Shown here piece after piece: positions 27,484-31,648 of a DNA stretch of 31,648 bases. The first letter of the stretch is position 1, and each line of letters opens with the position of its first letter. The notes beneath the pieces are model-generated. The model was not told where the DNA came from, made no database searches, and saw nothing but the letters and a program-made list of their open reading frames with translations. Position numbers and translations under genes: made by a program. Origin of the DNA: Actinomycetales bacterium (GTDB taxonomy: Bacteria > Actinomycetota > Actinomycetes > Actinomycetales > CAWJMD01); contig JBDIAG010000001.1 of the NCBI GenBank assembly GCA_039812305.1, positions 1 to 31,648 on the forward strand, written 5' to 3'.

Positions 27484-28662
27484 TCAGGCGTCGCGCGCGG
27501 CGCCGCCGGAGGGGGTCACCGCGAAGATGTGCGGAGCCTGGAATCCGGCGGTGGCGAAGGCAACCGAAACGGCCTCCGTGACGGCGGGCGCCAGTTCGCG
27601 GTCGACCAGTGCGATCGCCGCCCCGCCGAAGCCGCCACCGGTCATCCGGGCCCCGATGGCGCCGGCGGCCAACGCCGTGTCGACGGCGGTGTCGAGCTCG
27701 GCCACCGAGATCTCGAAGTCGTCGCGCATCGAGGCGTGCGAGGCGTTGAGCAGCGGCCCGATGCCGCGCGGCCCCTGCTCGCGCAGCACTCGCGCGGTGT
27801 CGAGAACCCGCTGGTTCTCGGTGACGATGTGCCGCACGCGACGGAAGGTGACGTCGTCGACGGCGGCCGCCACCCGGTCGAGATCGGGGACCAGGAGATC
27901 CCGCAGGGCCGGGACGCCCATCGCGGCGGCCCCCCGTTCACACGCCTCCCGCCGGGCGCGATAGCCGCCGGTGGCGTGCGAATGCCGTACCCGGGTGTCC
28001 AGGACGAGCACCTCCAGCGCCGCCGCCGCGAAGCCCATCGGCACGTTGTGCGCCTCGAACGTGCGGCAGTCGAGGAAGAGGGCGCTGTCGGCCCGGCCGA
28101 GCATCGAGGCCATCTGGTCCATGATCCCGGTGGGCGCGCCGACCGCCTCGTTCTCCGCCCGGCGACCGGCGCGGGCCAGCGTGACCGGATCCAGCCCGAG
28201 CCCCCACAGGTCGTTCAACGCGACCGCCACCGCGCCCTCGATCGCGGCGGACGACGAGAGACCCGCGCCGACCGGCACGGTGCTCGCCAGGCAGATGTCC
28301 ACGCCCGGGTGCGCCGGCGCATCACCGGTCAGCTCCCGCAGCGCCCAGGCGACGCCGAGCGGGTACGCCGCCCATTCCGGCACCGCCGGCGGGTCGTCGC
28401 CCCGGGGGAAGAGCGCCTCCAGGTCGGTCAGCGCCACCTCGACAGGTTCGTCGGCGAAGGTGGACGCCACTCGGATCCGGTCGTCGTCGCGCGGACCCGC
28501 GGCCGCGTGGGTGCGGTGCTGGATGGCGAACGGCAGCACGAAGCCGTCGTTGTAGTCGGTGTGCTCACCGATGAGGTTCACCCGGCCCGGTGCCGACCAG
28601 CTTCCGGCGGGGGCGGCACCGGTGAGTGCGGTGAAGAGCTCCGCAGCCGCGTCCGACGTCAT
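27484..28662 (-). CDS. galK: Galactokinase
   Basis: APGRVNLIGEHTDYNDGFVLP, PVGAGLSSSAA, GARMTGGGFGG. ATGA overlap with the galT stop. Confidence 0.96.
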   Translation of the reverse strand: MTSDAAAELFTALTGAAPAGSWSAPGRVNLIGEHTDYNDGFVLPFAIQHRTHAAAGPRDDDRIRVASTFADEPVEVALTDLEALFPRGDDPPAVPEWAAYPLGVAWALRELTGDAPAHPGVDICLASTVPVGAGLSSSAAIEGAVAVALNDLWGLGLDPVTLARAGRRAENEAVGAPTGIMDQMASMLGRADSALFLDCRTFEAHNVPMGFAAAALEVLVLDTRVRHSHATGGYRARREACERGAAAMGVPALRDLLVPDLDRVAAAVDDVTFRRVRHIVTENQRVLDTARVLREQGPRGIGPLLNASHASMRDDFEISVAELDTAVDTALAAGAIGARMTGGGFGGAAIALVDRELAPAVTEAVSVAFATAGFQAPHIFAVTPSGGAARDA

Positions 28663-29786
28663 ACGATCACGCCCTCCATCGCCTCGCGCAGACGGGTGGC
28701 GCTGACCTCCGGCGGGATGTCGCCGATCCAGGCACCCATCGCGGCTTCCGAGCCGGCGAGGTACTTGAGCCGGTCGGCGGCCCGGCGCGGCGAGGTGAGC
28801 TCCAGGCGCAGGCGGACGGTGTCGCGGCCCGGGCCCAGCGGCGCCTGATGCCAACCGGCGATGTACGGCACCGGTGAATCGTAGAGCGCGTCGATACCGC
28901 GGAGGAGGCGCAGGTACACGGGCGCGAGCTCGTCGCGCTCGGCCTCGGTGAGCGCGGCGAGATCCGGCACATGCCGGTGCGGCAGCAGGTGCACCTCGAT
29001 CGGCCAGCGGGCGGCGAACGGGACGAAGGCCGTCCAATGCTCGCCGCGCAGCACCACGCGCTCGGCCGCCTGCTCGAAGGTGAGGATCTGGTCGAACAGG
29101 TCGTCCCCGTGCGCCTCGATGCGCTCGAGCAGGCGTCGGGTGCGGGGCGTGACGTAGGGGTAGGCGTAGATCTGGCCGTGCGGATGCGGCAGGGTGACGC
29201 CGATCTCCTGGCCGCGATTCTCGAAGGGGAAGACCTGGGCCACGCCGGGCAGGGCGCTGAGCGCGGTGGTGCGGTCGGCCCAGGCCTCGATCACGGTGCG
29301 AGCGCGGGTGACGGACTGCGACCCGAAGGAGCCCTCGTGCGCGGGGGAGAAGCAGACCACCTCGCAGCGCCCGACGGCGGGACGGGACACGCCGTGCGCC
29401 GCCGGGTCCGCGGGAGCGGCGTCGTCGCCCAGACCCGGGCCGAAGGACGGTGAGCGGTTCTCGAAGACGGCGACGTCGTAGTCCGACGGGATCTCGGAGG
29501 GATTCGCCGGAGTCTGCGGAGCCAGCGGATCGAGCTCGGGCGGAGGGAGGAAGGCCCGGTTCTGCCGGGCGGCCGCCACGGAGATCCAGTCCCCGGTGAG
29601 CACGTCGAAGCGCATGGTCGCGGTCGGCGGGCGTGGGTCGAGTGCCCGCCGGTCCGCGGGGCGCTCCGGCGGCAGCGTCGTGCCGGGGTCGTCGTAGTAG
29701 AGGAGATCGCGGCCGTCGGCGAGCCGGGCCGACCGCCTCACCACGCCGCCGCCCAGCATCGTGGGCGGTGAATCGGTGATGTTCAC
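28659..29786 (-). CDS. galT: Galactose-1-phosphate uridylyltransferase
   Basis: HPHGQIY catalytic motif, FENRGQEIGVT, LKYLAGSE. TAGGAT lies 6 nt before GTG. Confidence 0.95.
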   Translation of the reverse strand: MNITDSPPTMLGGGVVRRSARLADGRDLLYYDDPGTTLPPERPADRRALDPRPPTATMRFDVLTGDWISVAAARQNRAFLPPPELDPLAPQTPANPSEIPSDYDVAVFENRSPSFGPGLGDDAAPADPAAHGVSRPAVGRCEVVCFSPAHEGSFGSQSVTRARTVIEAWADRTTALSALPGVAQVFPFENRGQEIGVTLPHPHGQIYAYPYVTPRTRRLLERIEAHGDDLFDQILTFEQAAERVVLRGEHWTAFVPFAARWPIEVHLLPHRHVPDLAALTEAERDELAPVYLRLLRGIDALYDSPVPYIAGWHQAPLGPGRDTVRLRLELTSPRRAADRLKYLAGSEAAMGAWIGDIPPEVSATRLREAMEGVIV

Positions 29787-29793
29787 GTTAACA
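29780..29793. promoter_or_regulatory. LacI-family operator overlapping the galT start
   Basis: Minus strand TGTTAACGTGAACA, similar to the 25216 site; spans the predicted leaderless start. Confidence 0.7.
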
Positions 29794-29959
29794 TCCTAGC
29801 CTTTCGTAGTGGGTCGGTGACCGTGCTGACTCCTCGGACGGCGTGCGCCGCTTACGATCAGGAGAAGATCGACGCCGCCAGTTGCGCATCGATGACCCGC
29901 GTCGACGGACGGACAGTCCACGCACGCCACATCGATGACGCCCGAGTCAGGAGTATCGG

Positions 29960-30652
29960 ATGCGCCTCTACCTGATCCGCCATGGTCAGACGCCGTACAA
30001 CGTGACCGGAGCCCTCGACACCGCCTTCCCGGGGGCGGGTCTCACCGAGCTCGGACACGCCCAGGCGCGGGCCCTCCCGCAGGCCCTCGCCCGCGAGTCG
30101 GTCCACGGCATCTACGCCTCGCCGCTGGTGCGCACCCAGCTGACGGCGGCTCCGCTGGCGGAGTCGTGGGGGATGCGGGCGGAGATCCAGGACGGTCTGG
30201 AGGAGGTCGCCGCCGGCGAGCTCGAGCTGCGTGCCGACGAGGAGGCCGTGCGCGTCTACGCCACCTGCGTCGCCGCCTGGCTGGAGGGTGACCTCGACCG
30301 CGGCACTCCCGGCGGGACCGACGGCCACGCCTTCTTCGCCCGGTACGAGAACGCGGTACGCCGCATCGCCGCCAACCATGCGGCCGACGACACCGTGATG
30401 GTCTTCAGCCACGGCGCCGCGATCCGGGCCTTCACCGCGTACGCGGCCGGGCTCGCGCCGGAGGTGTCCGCGGAACTGCGCATCCGCAACACCGGCGCCA
30501 GCCTGCTGGAAGGGGATCCGCGCGACGGCTGGCGTCTGGTCCAGTGGTACGCCGAACCGCTCGGCGGACCGGACCTGCTGGACACCGCCGCTCACGACGT
30601 GACCGGTGACAGCGCCGAGGACGAGGCGGACGACTCCGTCCTCGAGCGCTGA
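29960..30652 (+). CDS. Histidine phosphatase (phosphoglycerate mutase-like) family protein
   Basis: LIRHGQT, SPLVRTQLTA, FSHGAAIR. Confidence 0.9.
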   Translation: MRLYLIRHGQTPYNVTGALDTAFPGAGLTELGHAQARALPQALARESVHGIYASPLVRTQLTAAPLAESWGMRAEIQDGLEEVAAGELELRADEEAVRVYATCVAAWLEGDLDRGTPGGTDGHAFFARYENAVRRIAANHAADDTVMVFSHGAAIRAFTAYAAGLAPEVSAELRIRNTGASLLEGDPRDGWRLVQWYAEPLGGPDLLDTAAHDVTGDSAEDEADDSVLER

Positions 30653-30724
30653 CCGGCCGGTCGGTGACCCCGACCCCGGCCGGCGTCCGCGGGTTCCGCC
30701 CGCCCAGGAGGCGACACGCAGTGT

Positions 30725-30943
30725 TCATTCACTGGCGGGCCGATGGTCCTCGGGGACGACGATGGGCCGCAGTCGGGCCCAGCCGAGGAAGATCCCGGCC
30801 ACCACGAGCAGCGAGATGCCGGCGATGAGATTCGCGTTGACGCCGCCGGTCTTGTCCAGCGCCTTGTCCCCGAACAGGCCGAGCCCGGTGAGAATGACCG
30901 CGTAGATCGCCAGGAGCAGGCCGATCACATTGCGAAGGTCCAT
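30725..30943 (-). CDS. Small two-TM membrane protein downstream of the symporter
   Basis: MDLRNVIGLLLAIYAVIL...GGVNANLIAGISLLVVA; GAGGAG RBS. Confidence 0.75.
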   Translation of the reverse strand: MDLRNVIGLLLAIYAVILTGLGLFGDKALDKTGGVNANLIAGISLLVVAGIFLGWARLRPIVVPEDHRPASE

Positions 30944-30971
30944 GACGTGTCTCCTCTTGTTCCACTCGGTT

Positions 30972-31648
30972 TCAGAACATCAGGTTGAGGGCGATGGTCA
31001 TCGCCAGAGCGATCAGCGCCAGCGGCACCGTGCGGCGGAACCACGGCATCGCGGCCTCTTCCGGATCGGTCCGCCGCTCCTTGGGCGTCTCCGAGTACAC
31101 CAGGCCGACCAGCTCGCTGACGGGCTTGGGCTTGGTCACCATCGTCACGACGACGGAGACCACGATGTCGGTGCCGAAGGCGACCGAGGCACACAGGAAG
31201 GCCAGGCCCTGACCGGGCAGTTCGAAAGCGCCGAGGAACTCCGAGCTGTACCACAGGACGACCGCGGCGACCGTCCCACTGACCAGTCCCGCCCAGCCGG
31301 CTGTCGGTGTCATCCGCCTCCAGAACATTCCCAGGATGAAGGTGGCGAACAACGGCGCATTGAAGAAGCCGAACAGGGTCTGCAGGTAGTCCATGATGTT
31401 GGTGAACGACCCGGCGATGGAGGCCGTGAAGATCGCGATGATCGTCGCGGCCACCGTCGCCAGACGGCCTACCAGCACGTAGTGCGAATCCGGCTTGCCC
31501 TTGACCAGGTAGTCGCCGTAGAGGTCGTAGGAGAACACCGTGTTGAAGGCCGAGATGTTGGCTGCCATCCCGGCCATGAACGCCGCGAGCAGACCGGTGA
31601 TCGCCAGGCCGAGCAGGCCGTTGGGCAGGATGTCGCGCATCAGCAGGA
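30972..31648 (-). CDS. Sodium:solute symporter (SSS) family protein, 3' part (runs off the window)
   Basis: GLLAAFMAGMAANISAFNTVFSYDLY, GRLAT, FFNAPLFATFILGMFWRR; probable sugar (galactose) transporter by context. Confidence 0.88.
   Translation of the reverse strand, partial: LLMRDILPNGLLGLAITGLLAAFMAGMAANISAFNTVFSYDLYGDYLVKGKPDSHYVLVGRLATVAATIIAIFTASIAGSFTNIMDYLQTLFGFFNAPLFATFILGMFWRRMTPTAGWAGLVSGTVAAVVLWYSSEFLGAFELPGQGLAFLCASVAFGTDIVVSVVVTMVTKPKPVSELVGLVYSETPKERRTDPEEAAMPWFRRTVPLALIALAMTIALNLMF

Overview
High-GC actinobacterial chromosomal window. It is mostly housekeeping genes: metK, priA, def-fmt-rsmB, rpe, hisE-hisG, leuB, ilvE and a galTKE cluster with LacI and ROK regulators and a sodium:solute symporter. 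Accessory DNA is interleaved: a membrane-anchored beta-propeller protein, a stand-alone SdhA/FrdA-like flavoprotein behind a DtxR/IdeR-type iron box, a VOC/AraC pair, a pentapeptide-repeat protein, and a ~3.8 kb decayed polymorphic-toxin island (5'-truncated RHS with an unrecognised C-terminal toxin, coupled immunity gene, IS256 right-end remnant, pseudogenes). The most striking unexplained structure is a family of 61-bp palindromes (21-bp arm, 19-nt spacer, 21-bp arm) seen four times. Two copies flank a DUF559/Vsr-like endonuclease gene sitting between rsmB and rpe, and two are solo. This resembles a REP-plus-cognate-nuclease module, but with a non-TnpA nuclease. Also notable: about 28 GRGSG[QED] hexapeptide repeats at the N-terminus of RsmB, metK divergent from priA, no rib genes between rpe and hisE, and a Zur-like box before hisG. 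All protein calls come from motif recognition by eye, not database searches. Coordinates were hand-indexed and may be off by a few bases.
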